Part shown: piece after piece, positions 27,926-38,699 of the stretch | How the letters are laid out: each line of letters opens with the position of its first letter | How positions within the stretch are numbered: the stretch's first letter is position 1 | Assembly (NCBI GenBank): GCA_963676835.2 | Contig: CAXXFF010000001.1 | Coordinates: 1 to 64,000 of the forward strand | Source of the DNA: Marispirochaeta sp. | Lineage (GTDB): Bacteria; Spirochaetota; Spirochaetia; JC444; Marispirochaetaceae | DNA: 64,000 bases | Direction of reading: 5' to 3' | Position numbers and translations under genes: made by a program | The notes under the pieces: model-generated | What the model was told of the DNA's origin: nothing | Database searches by the model: none | What the model saw: only the letters and a program-made list of their open reading frames with translations

Positions 27926-28598
27926 TTACTGGGACATTCTAAATAACTTTGAAGATTTGCTCCTTGGAGGATATTCCAGGAAACATGAAAACTTTATACC
28001 CGCTCCGCCTTCTGTGTCGGTTCGGGATGAAGCAGGAAACAATGATCTTGAAAGGATTTCCCAGGCAGTACACAAATGTACCAGCTGTATCCTGGGGGGG
28101 ATGCGAAAAAATCCCGTACCCGGTGAAGGATCGCCCCATCCGAAGCTTGTAGTGGTAGGAGAAGCTCCTGGAGGCAATGAGGATGCTACCGGACGGCCCT
28201 TTGTCGGCGCTGCCGGCCAGTATCTTGATAAATGGCTCAAGGCAATCGGATTATCCCGGGATGAAAATGTATTCATAGGAAACATTATAAAATGCCGCCC
28301 CCCGAATAATCGCGACCCTCACGAAGAAGAGATTCAAAGCTGTTTTCACTTTCTTGATGAACAGCTCACCCTGCTTAAACCTGAAGCGATACTTTGTGTG
28401 GGCCGTTTTGCCGGAAGAAAGCTGAGCGGACGGGAAACCAGCATGAATCAAATGCGCGGTGAAGTTTATTCCTACAACGGTATTCCCGTGGTGGTAACCT
28501 ATCATCCCTCAGCGGTCCTGAGAAATCCGGATCTGCGACGGCCAGTATGGGATGATCTGCAGCTGATCAGTAATGTACTTTCCGCGAATAAAAGCTGA
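27903..28598 (+). CDS. Uracil-DNA glycosylase family 4
   Basis: CTSC, GEAPG, GRPFVG, KCRPPNNR, YHPS. Confidence 0.93.
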   Translation: MSINTADDYWDILNNFEDLLLGGYSRKHENFIPAPPSVSVRDEAGNNDLERISQAVHKCTSCILGGMRKNPVPGEGSPHPKLVVVGEAPGGNEDATGRPFVGAAGQYLDKWLKAIGLSRDENVFIGNIIKCRPPNNRDPHEEEIQSCFHFLDEQLTLLKPEAILCVGRFAGRKLSGRETSMNQMRGEVYSYNGIPVVVTYHPSAVLRNPDLRRPVWDDLQLISNVLSANKS

Positions 28599-28615
28599 TT
28601 TAGCGGTTAAATTAC

Positions 28616-30577
28616 ATGGTATTTGTTGAAGTCGCCTTAAACCTCCCTCTGGATAAAACCTTCACCTATTCTGTTCCCTCAGAGATTATAGATCCTGCAA
28701 AGGTAAAACCCGGCTGCAGAGCTGAAGTTAAATTCCGGAACAGAAAAACCATTGCCTTTATTCTGAAAGTAAGTGAGACACGACCTTCAGGAGACTACGA
28801 AATCAAGGATATCCTGAAGATTATAGATGATGAACCACTCTTTGGTGAGGCTGAAATTGCCCTCTCGGAATGGACCGGCAGACGTTATTTCTGCTCCATG
28901 GGAGAAGTGCTGGGAACAATGCTTCCCGGGGGCAAGAGAGAAAGCAGCCTCCCTGCCATGTTCCCCGATGAAGAAGAGTACCGGGAAAACCTTGAGCTGT
29001 CCGATGAGCAGAGCGCCGCACTAAAATCAGTGCTCGAGGAAAACAGCACACCTGCGTATTTGTACGGTATTACCGGTTCCGGCAAAACAGAAGTCTACCT
29101 CAGAGCTGCACAAGTTGTGCTTGCCACGGGGAATGGCGTCATTTATCTGGTTCCGGAAATATCTCTTACTCACCAGATTGTTAAAGAAGCACGCCGGCGC
29201 TTTGGCGACACAGTCTCCGTCTGGCATTCGAAAATCACCCCCAGTCAGCGCTTATCAGAGTGGCGGCGGATACGCAAGGGAGAGGCTCTTTTTGTTATTG
29301 GGGCAAGAAGCGCCGTATTTGCTCCTTTAAAGAAAACAGGACTCATAATAATCGATGAAGAGCACGAAGGTTCATACAAGTCGGGATCAAGTCCCAGGTA
29401 TCATGCCCGGCAGGTAGCATTCTACCGTGCAGCCAGGGACGGAGGAAGGCTTGTCATGGGAAGTGCAACGCCTTCTGTCGAGGCAGTACATTTAATGCGG
29501 ACAGGAAAAATCCGTGAGTTGCGGCTTACACGCAGACTCGCCGGCGGTGCTCCACCGGAGATCCAGATAATCAACATGGCCGGGGAAAAAGGGATTATCA
29601 GCCGGGAACTGACAAAAGAGCTCAAACAAACCCTTTATGAAAAGCGTCAGGCGATTCTTTTTCTTAACCGTCGGGGCTACTCCTATTTCTTTCACTGCAA
29701 GAGCTGCGGATATGAAATGAAATGCAGAAACTGCTCAGTTTCTCTTACCTTTCATAAAAACCGCAACCGCATGCTTTGTCACTACTGCGGCTACCAGTCC
29801 GATCCGGTTCAGGTATGTCCCGAATGCGGCTCTCTGGATGTAGGCTATTCAGGCTATGGAACGGAAGGTATTGAAGATGAAATCAGGAATCTTTTCCCCC
29901 AGGCGGTTATTGAGAGGATTGATACAGATACGGTAAGCCGTAAAGGCAGTATGGAAAAAATACTCAACCGTTTTCATTCAGGTGCTATTGATATTCTTTT
30001 AGGAACACAAATGGTGGCCAAGGGACTGAACTTCCCGGGAGTAAAACTGGTGGGGATAATAATGGCCGACACTACTCTGCTGCTCCCGGATTTCCGATCA
30101 GCTGAACGAACATTCTCGCTGCTCACCCAGGTTGCCGGCCGGGCAGGAAGATTTCATCCCGATGGAAAAGTTCTGATACAAACCTTCCACCCCCAGTCTT
30201 CTGCCATAACTCTGGCTGCAGCAAACGATGATAAAACCTTCTACCGCAATGAACTTGAAGTACGCAGGATGCTGAAGTTTCCCCCCGCATCAAGACTCAT
30301 CCGTATTCTTTTTCGCGGAAAGGAGCGGGGCAGGGTAATTAAAGCTGCAGAGGAATTTGCCGCTGCAATCTCCCGGGATCTCCCGGAAGGAGTAGAACTT
30401 CTAGGTCCCGGAGAAGCACCCCTGGCGATAATTTCCGGCAACTTCCGTATGCATATGATAATCCGGGGCTCCGATGTTAAATCGATGCATAGTATCCTGT
30501 TGTTTTATACAAGGAAAATTGTACCCCCGTCAGGGACCTATCGCGAAATCGATGCAGACCCTGTCAGCCTGCTCTAA
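28616..30577 (+). CDS. priA: Primosomal protein N' (replication restart helicase)
   Basis: GITGSGKTEVY, IDEEH, GSATPS, four CxxC, QVAGRAGR. Confidence 0.96.
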   Translation: MVFVEVALNLPLDKTFTYSVPSEIIDPAKVKPGCRAEVKFRNRKTIAFILKVSETRPSGDYEIKDILKIIDDEPLFGEAEIALSEWTGRRYFCSMGEVLGTMLPGGKRESSLPAMFPDEEEYRENLELSDEQSAALKSVLEENSTPAYLYGITGSGKTEVYLRAAQVVLATGNGVIYLVPEISLTHQIVKEARRRFGDTVSVWHSKITPSQRLSEWRRIRKGEALFVIGARSAVFAPLKKTGLIIIDEEHEGSYKSGSSPRYHARQVAFYRAARDGGRLVMGSATPSVEAVHLMRTGKIRELRLTRRLAGGAPPEIQIINMAGEKGIISRELTKELKQTLYEKRQAILFLNRRGYSYFFHCKSCGYEMKCRNCSVSLTFHKNRNRMLCHYCGYQSDPVQVCPECGSLDVGYSGYGTEGIEDEIRNLFPQAVIERIDTDTVSRKGSMEKILNRFHSGAIDILLGTQMVAKGLNFPGVKLVGIIMADTTLLLPDFRSAERTFSLLTQVAGRAGRFHPDGKVLIQTFHPQSSAITLAAANDDKTFYRNELEVRRMLKFPPASRLIRILFRGKERGRVIKAAEEFAAAISRDLPEGVELLGPGEAPLAIISGNFRMHMIIRGSDVKSMHSILLFYTRKIVPPSGTYREIDADPVSLL

Positions 30578-30589
30578 AGACCCGCCGAA

Positions 30590-30618
30590 TTGACCCCACA
30601 GCCTCTTTTCGGTACTAT
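30590..30618 (+). promoter_or_regulatory. Putative sigma70 promoter for def (leaderless)
   Basis: TTGACC-17 bp-TACTAT, 6 nt before ATG 30625, no SD. Confidence 0.55.
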
Positions 30619-30624
30619 TTCAGC

Positions 30625-31119
30625 ATGATTGACATCGTAACTTTAGGCGCAGATGTTCTGCGCCGGAATGCTCAGAAAATTGACACATTTGATCAGAATC
30701 TCGTTGATCTTATTCAAGATATGAAAGAAGCCATGGATGGTGAAGGTATTGGCCTTGCTGCACCACAGGTAGGGGTAGCACAACGTCTGTTTATCTGTAA
30801 ACCCGACGGTCATGACCTCTACGTGTTTGTAAATCCTGAAATAACCATGACCTCCGAAGAGCTGACCGGCTACGAGGAAGGCTGCTTAAGCATTCCCGGC
30901 GTCTATGCTGATGTAGTTCGCCCGAGTATGATCCAGATACAAGCCTTCAATGAAAAAGGCCGGCCTTTCCGTATTGACGCCGATGGGATTCTTGCCAGGG
31001 TAATTCAGCATGAGCTTGATCACCTTAACGGTGTACTCTTTATTGACCACCTCTCTGAGAGAAAGAGGGACAAAGTGGTTAAGGAATATGAAAAGAAGCA
31101 GGCAAAAAGCAGTCGATGA
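30625..31119 (+). CDS. def: Peptide deformylase
   Basis: GIGLAAPQ, EGCLS, QHELDH. Confidence 0.97.
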   Translation: MIDIVTLGADVLRRNAQKIDTFDQNLVDLIQDMKEAMDGEGIGLAAPQVGVAQRLFICKPDGHDLYVFVNPEITMTSEELTGYEEGCLSIPGVYADVVRPSMIQIQAFNEKGRPFRIDADGILARVIQHELDHLNGVLFIDHLSERKRDKVVKEYEKKQAKSSR

Positions 31120-32057
31120 GGATTTTATTTGCCGGAACACCGGAAATCGCCGTTCCGTCCCTCAAGTTGCTGCATCAGAAAGGTTATGTGACAGCTGTGC
31201 TCAGCAGTCCCGATGCGCCGAAAGGAAGAAACAGGCAACTGCATCCCTGCCCGGTTAAAGAGGCAGCAGAATCTCTCGGTCTGAGTGTGCTTACACCGGA
31301 AAGACTCGATTCATCTGTCAGGGATGAAATTGCCGCTTTCAATCCGGAGCTCCTTGTAGTTGTGGCATACGGCAAGATCTTCGGCCCTAAATTTCTCTCC
31401 CTTTTTCCGGAAGGCGGGCTTAATCTTCATCCTTCACTGCTGCCGCTCCATCGGGGTCCTGCTCCGATTCCTTTTACAATCCTGAACGGGGATGCTGAGT
31501 GGGGTCTTACTGTGCAGCAGGTAGCGCTGGAAATGGATGCGGGAGATATTATTGTGCAGAGATCATTTCCCTGTGATGGCAGTGAAACCAGCGGCAGCCT
31601 GCTTGAAACTGCTGCAGAAACCGGTGCCTCTGCGGTACTTGAAGCGGTGGAACAGATTATCACAGGTTCTGCAGCTCCGATTTCCCAGGACCACTCGCTG
31701 GCAAGCTACAGCGGTATGATTTCCAAAACAGACGGATCTGTTGACTGGAAAGATTCTGCTGAGAAAATTGAACGTATGAGCCGTGCCTACGATCCATGGC
31801 CCGGTGCATACACCAGCTTAAATGACAAAAAACTTACCCTGTGGAAATGCAGGCTTTCAGCTTCAACAGACCCGTCGGACATTCCCGGAAAAATACTTTC
31901 CATAGACAGTTCCCATGGTATTCTGGTACAAACTGGTAAGGGTGTTCTGTCTGTGCTTGAACTGCAACTACAAGGTAAAAAGCGTCTTCCCTTTAAAGAG
32001 TTCATAAATGGAGTACGAGACCTCGAAGGCGCAATACTCGGAGGAACCAATGCTTAA
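31116..32057 (+). CDS. fmt: Methionyl-tRNA formyltransferase
   Basis: FAGTPE, VVVAYG, NLHPSLLP, MDAGDI; follows def. Confidence 0.96.
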   Translation: MRILFAGTPEIAVPSLKLLHQKGYVTAVLSSPDAPKGRNRQLHPCPVKEAAESLGLSVLTPERLDSSVRDEIAAFNPELLVVVAYGKIFGPKFLSLFPEGGLNLHPSLLPLHRGPAPIPFTILNGDAEWGLTVQQVALEMDAGDIIVQRSFPCDGSETSGSLLETAAETGASAVLEAVEQIITGSAAPISQDHSLASYSGMISKTDGSVDWKDSAEKIERMSRAYDPWPGAYTSLNDKKLTLWKCRLSASTDPSDIPGKILSIDSSHGILVQTGKGVLSVLELQLQGKKRLPFKEFINGVRDLEGAILGGTNA

Positions 32058-33081
32058 ATTCCTTGCTAAAATAAAGACTCTTCTGCCAAGTGAATACGAT
32101 TCGCCGGAACATCGTTACTTCAAGACAGTAATTTTCCTTGCGTTCGGCGCAATATTTCTTATGTTGCTCGCAGGCTTTATCGCCTTTACCGTTTCGATTC
32201 AGGGCAATGAACAGACAATGGTACCGAATATGATCGGCAACGACCTTGAAAACGCACTGGTTTCACTGCAGGAAAAAGAGCTTTACCCCCATGTTCAGCT
32301 GAGATACAGTTCCACCCCTGCAGACAAGGGTACTGTTCTTGAACAGGATCCCAATCCCGGAGCCATTGTTCGTGTAAAATCAAAGATTGTTCTGAAAGTC
32401 AGCAAAGGATCAATAATAGACCGGGTTGACAATTACATTGGCTGGAATATTGATGATCTCGAAATACATCTTAAGAGTCTGGTATCTGTACACGGGCCTC
32501 TGCTTAAAATTAAAGACCCCATTCAGCGGGTATTCAACGATCTGCCCGCAGGAACTATTATTTCTCAGACACCGGAACCGGGTACGGAGATAGCAGCAGA
32601 AACAGATCTTGAACTGATTGTCAGCCGCGGTCCCCAGACCGGAACAATAACTGTGCTGGATTATACGGACATGCCCTATATGGATGCTGTTAACAGCCTT
32701 ATCCGACAGGAGCTCTATTTTACCGTCAGCGCGAGGGATGCGGACAGTAATGAAGAACCCGGGATAGTTGCCAGCCAGAATCCGGCTCCTGAAACAGATG
32801 TCCCCAGAGGTTCTCTCCATCAGATTGTTATTACCAGACCGGAAGATATACCGGAAGGGTATGTGTTCGGTATTCTTGAAAAAAGTCTTCCCAATTATGC
32901 AGTACCGGCGTTGATTACAATTGATGCGGTCTCACCTGAAGGAAAGCGGGAAACACACTTGCAGCTGAAACACCAGGGAGGTCTCCTCTCAGTGCCGTAT
33001 CTGGAACCGGAGAACTCGGTACTGCTGGTGCTTATCGAAGGAACCGAAAAAATACGATTTACTGTAAAAAAGGAGCAGTAG
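32050..33081 (+). CDS. Membrane-anchored PASTA-domain protein
   Basis: TM helix then repeats VPNMIG..QDPNPG, QTPEPG, QNPAPE. Confidence 0.88.
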   Translation: MLKFLAKIKTLLPSEYDSPEHRYFKTVIFLAFGAIFLMLLAGFIAFTVSIQGNEQTMVPNMIGNDLENALVSLQEKELYPHVQLRYSSTPADKGTVLEQDPNPGAIVRVKSKIVLKVSKGSIIDRVDNYIGWNIDDLEIHLKSLVSVHGPLLKIKDPIQRVFNDLPAGTIISQTPEPGTEIAAETDLELIVSRGPQTGTITVLDYTDMPYMDAVNSLIRQELYFTVSARDADSNEEPGIVASQNPAPETDVPRGSLHQIVITRPEDIPEGYVFGILEKSLPNYAVPALITIDAVSPEGKRETHLQLKHQGGLLSVPYLEPENSVLLVLIEGTEKIRFTVKKEQ

Positions 33082-33084
33082 CAC

Positions 33085-33735
33085 ATGATACCCAAAATTG
33101 CGCCCTCAATACTGGCTGCTGATTTTACCAATATAAAAAAAGCAGTTGAGGATATCGAAGCCTCAGGTGCCGAATGGATTCATCTCGATGTAATGGACGG
33201 ATCTTTTGTCCCACCCATTACGTTTGGAAGTCAGATGGTACACGCCATAAGAAAGATTACAAAACTTCCCCTGGATGTTCATCTTATGATCAATGATCCG
33301 GATAAACATGTAGATGCATTTGCTGAAGCAGGTTCTGATTATATTACCGTACATGCCGAAGCAACCGTCCACCTGCACCGCGAACTTCAGAGAATTCGTT
33401 CCCTGGGTATCAAATCAGGCCTGTCAATTGTACCTTCAACACCGGTTGAAAGTATAATTGAAGTACTACCGGAAGTAGACCTCGTTCTGGTTATGTCGGT
33501 AAACCCGGGATACGGCGGACAGAAGCTTATCCCTGCCTGCGTAGAGAAGGTCAGAAAACTCGCATCTCTTAGAGAAGAACATGGGTATACATATGAAATA
33601 TCCATCGACGGCGGAGTAAACCGGGCCACCGTGTCCGAAATACGCAAGGCCGGGGCAGATGTTCTTGTAGCGGGGAGTGCTTTTTTCAATGCCGCTGATA
33701 AGACAGAAGAGGTAAACGCACTTAAAGGTGTGTAG
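33085..33735 (+). CDS. rpe: Ribulose-phosphate 3-epimerase
   Basis: IAPSILAADF, HLDVMDG, MSVNPGYGGQ, IDGG. Confidence 0.97.
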   Translation: MIPKIAPSILAADFTNIKKAVEDIEASGAEWIHLDVMDGSFVPPITFGSQMVHAIRKITKLPLDVHLMINDPDKHVDAFAEAGSDYITVHAEATVHLHRELQRIRSLGIKSGLSIVPSTPVESIIEVLPEVDLVLVMSVNPGYGGQKLIPACVEKVRKLASLREEHGYTYEISIDGGVNRATVSEIRKAGADVLVAGSAFFNAADKTEEVNALKGV

Positions 33736-33795
33736 ACACTAATATCACTCATGACTTAAGAGGTTTATGTCGAAAAGTATAGCGGGGGTTTATAG

Positions 33796-34767
33796 GTGCC
33801 TAAGTTCTTACGAAACAGCTTTTTACTGCTTCTATTACTCATTGTTTTTTCCCGGGGAACAATACTCATAGCGGAAGTTCCGACTGCCCTGCGCGATGGT
33901 ATAGGAGCATATCAGAAAGGAGATTACGAACAGGCTCTCCGCGACTTTAGATCCCTGATTACCGGTTCGGTTTCCGACAGATATCAGGGAGAGGCTTATT
34001 TCTGGGTAGGAAAAACATATCTGGCCATGGATGCATACGATGATGCTGCAGGGAATATAGAGTATTTCCTGTCTGCATACCCAGACAGTTTTCTTCAGGC
34101 AGAAGGTCTGTATCAGAAAGGCCGGCTGCATTACCTTCAGGGAGATTTTGAACCGGCAGTTCAGGTTCTTTATCTCTACGTAAAGGATTACCCCGAAGAT
34201 GTCTTTGTCCCTAACGCCTTTTTCTGGATCGGAGAATCTCTCTATAGTCTTGGGCGTTTCGAGGAAGCAGAGAAGGTTTTTCAGCATATAATAGAGACCT
34301 ATCCCGGCAGCTATAAAATTGAAGGAGCGAGATTCCGCCTTCAACTTATTCAGTTCAAGTACAGAGAAGATGAACTTGTAAGGCTGTTGAAAATCAGTCA
34401 TGAAGAGTACCTCGATACGGTCGAAGAGTTTATTCAGAGAGAAAAAGCCTACGAACAGGCCCTTATGGAATACCAGAAAAGACTGGCTGTGGTTCTCTCG
34501 GAAGACATGCAGGCAGAACTTGATGACCTCACTGCCCTGATAAAAGAGAAGAATATCGAAATCAGTCAGCTCGAAAGTGCCAACAGCCAACTGCGAAAAC
34601 AGCTTGAAGATGCCGGTGAAGCAGCCTCGGTTCAAGCCCAGCCTGCCGCCCGGATATCGCCGACCGATACAGACAGCGTGATGCAGCTTTTGGAGCTGAA
34701 AGCAGACGCATTGGAACTGAAAGAATTCTATCTTGGATTGATTGAGAACAGGGGAGCCGGAAAATGA
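33796..34767 (+). CDS. Exported TPR protein with coiled-coil C-terminus
   Basis: Signal peptide; repeated AYFWVG / AFFWIG...YP(D/G)S TPR patterns. Confidence 0.85.
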   Translation: MPKFLRNSFLLLLLLIVFSRGTILIAEVPTALRDGIGAYQKGDYEQALRDFRSLITGSVSDRYQGEAYFWVGKTYLAMDAYDDAAGNIEYFLSAYPDSFLQAEGLYQKGRLHYLQGDFEPAVQVLYLYVKDYPEDVFVPNAFFWIGESLYSLGRFEEAEKVFQHIIETYPGSYKIEGARFRLQLIQFKYREDELVRLLKISHEEYLDTVEEFIQREKAYEQALMEYQKRLAVVLSEDMQAELDDLTALIKEKNIEISQLESANSQLRKQLEDAGEAASVQAQPAARISPTDTDSVMQLLELKADALELKEFYLGLIENRGAGK

Positions 34768-35828
34768 CAAAAAAGATCCTGCTTTCATGTATCCTGTTCT
34801 TCACTTTTTCTTTAACCATTCCTCTCGCTGCGGAAGGAGTTAAAAACGGTCGGATTTCCATAAATTTTGCAGAAAAATATAAAAGTTTCACCTTTTCCTG
34901 GCTGAAGGAACTGGGAGGCCGTAGTTATTTGCCCCTTCTTTTTCCCGATGATCCACGGACAAGCAAATTCGACCTGCTTGTTAATAACCAGGTACATACA
35001 CCATCGGAAGATTATCAGTACTCGCCGGCATACAACCGGACAGAAAATGGCGGAAATTATACCTGGACGTCAAAGCAGCTGTTGGTAAATGAAAAGATTG
35101 AATTTCTTACAGCCCAGGGTTCACCTTTGTCAGATGGGCTTCTCATAACTTTTACTATAAAAAACATCAGTTCACAAAGACTGGTCCTCGGTTTGCGATA
35201 CCTACTGGATACCTATTTGGGTGAAGATGGTGATGTGCACTTTTTCGATGAATTCGGTTCTGCCATTAACAGCGAAACCGGTTATACCGCAGCAAACGCG
35301 CCCCGCTATCTCTTAAGTCCCTACCAGGGAAGCCGTACGGATGGGCTCATGATTATGCTCCGAAGCCCGGGGATAACCCTCCCTGATCAGATAACTCTCG
35401 CCAACTGGAAAAGAATCAGCGACAGCGCCTGGGAATATCAGATCAACACCACCAGGAACTTTTCACGTCCTCCATACAGTATTAATGATTCTGCTGTTCT
35501 GCTTTCTTACAAATCCCAGCCTGTTAATCCTGGCAGTACCCGGACTATAACCATAGCCATGGGGTATTATGCCCAGGGCGGATTCAGCCCTGAACTCAAC
35601 GAGGGCACTGAAAAGATCGGAAACCTGGTTGCAAGTCTTTCTGAAAACGAAACAGATGGCTCTTCTTCCGGAAGCACGCCGGAAGAAGAACTTGCTGCAG
35701 TCCGCGAGCTGATCAAGCAGATAGATGATATCCTTGAATTAGGTGAAGATATTCCTGAAGAGAAGATGATTTTACTCCATCAGCTAATGGACACGCTGAA
35801 ATCCAGGCAAGAGAACTTTATAGATTAG
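34764..35828 (+). CDS. Exported hypothetical protein
   Basis: Signal peptide, operonic overlap, LRYLLDTYLGE motif. Confidence 0.75.
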   Translation: MTKKILLSCILFFTFSLTIPLAAEGVKNGRISINFAEKYKSFTFSWLKELGGRSYLPLLFPDDPRTSKFDLLVNNQVHTPSEDYQYSPAYNRTENGGNYTWTSKQLLVNEKIEFLTAQGSPLSDGLLITFTIKNISSQRLVLGLRYLLDTYLGEDGDVHFFDEFGSAINSETGYTAANAPRYLLSPYQGSRTDGLMIMLRSPGITLPDQITLANWKRISDSAWEYQINTTRNFSRPPYSINDSAVLLSYKSQPVNPGSTRTITIAMGYYAQGGFSPELNEGTEKIGNLVASLSENETDGSSSGSTPEEELAAVRELIKQIDDILELGEDIPEEKMILLHQLMDTLKSRQENFID

Positions 35829-35837
35829 GCCCGTAAA

Positions 35838-36917
35838 ATGGATTCTATAATTTCCGGCGCAGAGAAACTCTTTCTACGCGGTAAATACTCCAAAGTACTT
35901 CGCATGCTGGAACCACAGGTTTTCCAGTATCGGGACAGTTACCGTTTTTATCTTCTTTTAGGCTATTCCTGCCTTTATACAGGAGATTTCGGTGGAGCAT
36001 ATTCCTATCTTCGCAGGGCAGAACAGTTGAGCCATGGTGACATTCCAGCAAATCTCGGTATAGCCCTTATACATTCCAAAAGGGGGGAGACCGAATCTGC
36101 TATTCGTATCTGGCTGGATATTCTCGAGCGGAACAATAACTCCCGTGAAGCTCAACGGGGCTTGAAACTTATCCGTGAATCAAGAGATTTCTCAGAAATA
36201 TCCCTTCGACTTGAAGATGGAAAACTCGACAGATTCCTTTACTATCCCCGCAGAAAAAAAACAGCCCGATATATGGCCGCTGCTGTAATTATTATTGTTA
36301 TTATTACAGCGGGCCTGTTCTATTTTCGCCCCTGGGATTTTAGAAAACCCGCACTTAAACGTCCGGAAATTGCACGAATCAATTTTTATGAAAACAGCGA
36401 TAATCAGGAATCCACCGCCGGTGTTTTAGTTCTCGACGAAAACGAAGTTGAAAAACTCACAGTAACTATTCTTGAGTTAATGGACGCCTACCGTGATAAT
36501 CTTGCCATGGTGGAAATAAACAGGCTGCTTTTGTCCAATGCACCGGATAATGTAAAAGATAAAGCCCTCTACCTCTCAGGCTTAATGAAGCCTCCGGATT
36601 TCGCAAACTTAAAAGACAACTTCAGTTATCGGGAAGTTGCAATGAACCCGCGGCTCTATTCACAATGTTATGTAATATGGCGGGGCAAGCCGGCAAACAT
36701 CAATATTCAGGAAGATACGATTACCTTTGACCTTCTGGTCGGATACGAGTCAGAAACCATTCTGGAAGCTATTGTACCGGTGATTCTTGATTTTCCCATT
36801 GAATTAACGGAAAACAGATCGCTTGAAATTCTTGGGCAAATAGAACTTCTGAACTCATCTACCTACGAATCTCCTGTTTCATTAAAAGGAATTTCAGTTC
36901 ACCAGCTTCTCAATTAA
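35838..36917 (+). CDS. TPR-containing membrane protein
   Basis: N-terminal TPR-like helices, central TM segment. Confidence 0.78.
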   Translation: MDSIISGAEKLFLRGKYSKVLRMLEPQVFQYRDSYRFYLLLGYSCLYTGDFGGAYSYLRRAEQLSHGDIPANLGIALIHSKRGETESAIRIWLDILERNNNSREAQRGLKLIRESRDFSEISLRLEDGKLDRFLYYPRRKKTARYMAAAVIIIVIITAGLFYFRPWDFRKPALKRPEIARINFYENSDNQESTAGVLVLDENEVEKLTVTILELMDAYRDNLAMVEINRLLLSNAPDNVKDKALYLSGLMKPPDFANLKDNFSYREVAMNPRLYSQCYVIWRGKPANINIQEDTITFDLLVGYESETILEAIVPVILDFPIELTENRSLEILGQIELLNSSTYESPVSLKGISVHQLLN

Positions 36918-36942
36918 AACCTATACTGGAAAGAAAAGATAA

Positions 36943-37392
36943 ATGCGGGCAGTTATACAACGGGTAAGTAATGCAGAAGTTAAAGTCTCAGGGGAAATTT
37001 CAGGACAGATAGATGAGGGTTTACTTGTTTATCTTGGGATCTGCAAGGGTGACTCTGAAGCTGATGCAGTCTATCTTGCAGAAAAAATAGCAGGTCTGAG
37101 GATATTTAAAGATTTAGAGGGCCGTATGAATCTGTCTGTTACCGATGTCGGAGGCAGTGCTTTGGTAGTTTCTCAGTTCACCCTCTGTGCTGACATACGT
37201 AAAGGAAAACGTCCTTCGTACAATATGGCTGCTGAGAATAATCTTGCCCGAAGTCTTTATACATTTTTCCTCGATCAGATTAAACTGCATATTGAAAATG
37301 TTCAGACCGGTATTTTTCAGGCTGATATGGAGGTAAACTCCATGAATGATGGTCCCGTCACAATCCTTGCAGATTCAAAAAAGGAATTTTGA
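36943..37392 (+). CDS. dtd: D-aminoacyl-tRNA deacylase
   Basis: MRAVIQRV, VSQFTL, NDGPVT. Confidence 0.97.
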   Translation: MRAVIQRVSNAEVKVSGEISGQIDEGLLVYLGICKGDSEADAVYLAEKIAGLRIFKDLEGRMNLSVTDVGGSALVVSQFTLCADIRKGKRPSYNMAAENNLARSLYTFFLDQIKLHIENVQTGIFQADMEVNSMNDGPVTILADSKKEF

Positions 37393-37429
37393 CTATTCTC
37401 ATTACACCGTTTTCGCATAATACCTTAGC

Positions 37430-37458
37430 TTGACGATAAAATAAGCTCCATATACTAT
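37430..37458 (+). promoter_or_regulatory. Putative sigma70 promoter of recA
   Basis: TTGACG-17 bp-TACTAT. Confidence 0.6.
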
Positions 37459-37510
37459 TGTTGAAATCAGAACGCAGCTTTCCCGGTTGTTATATCATGA
37501 GGAGGACTCA

Positions 37511-38674
37511 ATGGCAAAAAGATCATTACCTGAAACTAAACCGGCTCCGACCAACAGCGAAGAGCGACAAAAAGCGCTCGAAGCAGCCAGGCTCCAGATT
37601 GAAAAACAGTTTGGCAAGGGCTCACTTATGCAGCTGGGAAAAGAGAGACAAGACCTTAACATCGAGGCGATCCCTTCGGGGTCGATACTGCTGGACGATG
37701 CCCTTGGAGTAGGCGGGTACCCCAAGGGAAGAATCATTGAAATATACGGGCCCGAATCCTCAGGAAAAACTACACTTGCGCTCCATGGAATTGCAGAAGC
37801 TCAAAAAAAGGGCGGTATAGCAGCTTTTATCGATGCTGAGCATGCCCTTGATCCTGGTTATGCCCGCAATTTAGGGGTGAATATTGACGAACTATGGGTA
37901 TCACAGCCCGATACAGGAGAGCAGGCTCTGGAAATCGCAGAGTCACTGGTAAGATCCGGTGCGGTAGATATTATTGTAGTGGATTCCGTAGCTGCTCTTA
38001 CACCCCAGGCTGAAATTGAAGGTGAGATGGGTGATTCTCATATGGGATTGCAAGCCCGGCTCATGAGTCAGGCTTTGAGAAAACTTACCGCTACCATATC
38101 AAAATCAAATAGCTGTCTTATTTTCATTAACCAGATCCGTATGAAAATAGGTGTCATGTTCGGAAATCCGGAAACCACTACCGGCGGAAAGGCTCTGAAA
38201 TTCTACTCGTCAATGAGACTTGAAGTTCGTAAAATTGAAACCATTGCCAAGGGAACGGAAGATGCAATCGGAAACCGGGTGAGGGTAAAGGTTGTTAAAA
38301 ACAAGGTAGCTCCACCTTTCAGGAAAGCCGAACTTGAAATAATGTTCGGTAAGGGAATATCAGGTTCCGGCAGTCTTCTTGATGCAGCCCTTAAATTTGA
38401 GATGATCGAGAAAAGCGGAAGCTGGTACAGCTATGGAGAAGAGAGAATCGGTCAGGGACGGGAGAATGCAAAACTATTCCTAGAAAACAACCCGGACATA
38501 GCCAACGAACTGGAAACAAAATTAAGAAGCATACTGTTCCCTTCAAAAGATTTAACCGCTGCTCCAAAGGACGATAAAAAAACATCTGAACCTGCAGCAG
38601 GGAAAACGACAGATAAAGGGAACACCGGCGATAAAGCAGAAAAGAAAGGCGATTCCGGAGACGAACTCTTTTAA
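37511..38674 (+). CDS. recA: Recombinase A
   Basis: [41 protein letters not shown]. Confidence 0.98.
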   Translation: MAKRSLPETKPAPTNSEERQKALEAARLQIEKQFGKGSLMQLGKERQDLNIEAIPSGSILLDDALGVGGYPKGRIIEIYGPESSGKTTLALHGIAEAQKKGGIAAFIDAEHALDPGYARNLGVNIDELWVSQPDTGEQALEIAESLVRSGAVDIIVVDSVAALTPQAEIEGEMGDSHMGLQARLMSQALRKLTATISKSNSCLIFINQIRMKIGVMFGNPETTTGGKALKFYSSMRLEVRKIETIAKGTEDAIGNRVRVKVVKNKVAPPFRKAELEIMFGKGISGSGSLLDAALKFEMIEKSGSWYSYGEERIGQGRENAKLFLENNPDIANELETKLRSILFPSKDLTAAPKDDKKTSEPAAGKTTDKGNTGDKAEKKGDSGDELF

Positions 38675-38699
38675 ATATTTTTCGGGAGTTTAACTCAGA

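Noticed and set aside
33835..34788. 317-aa minus-strand ORF
   Set aside because: Antisense shadow of the TPR gene, with no motifs or RBS.
37393..37510. LexA/SOS box upstream of recA
   Set aside because: No palindrome that I can confidently match to a known LexA motif.
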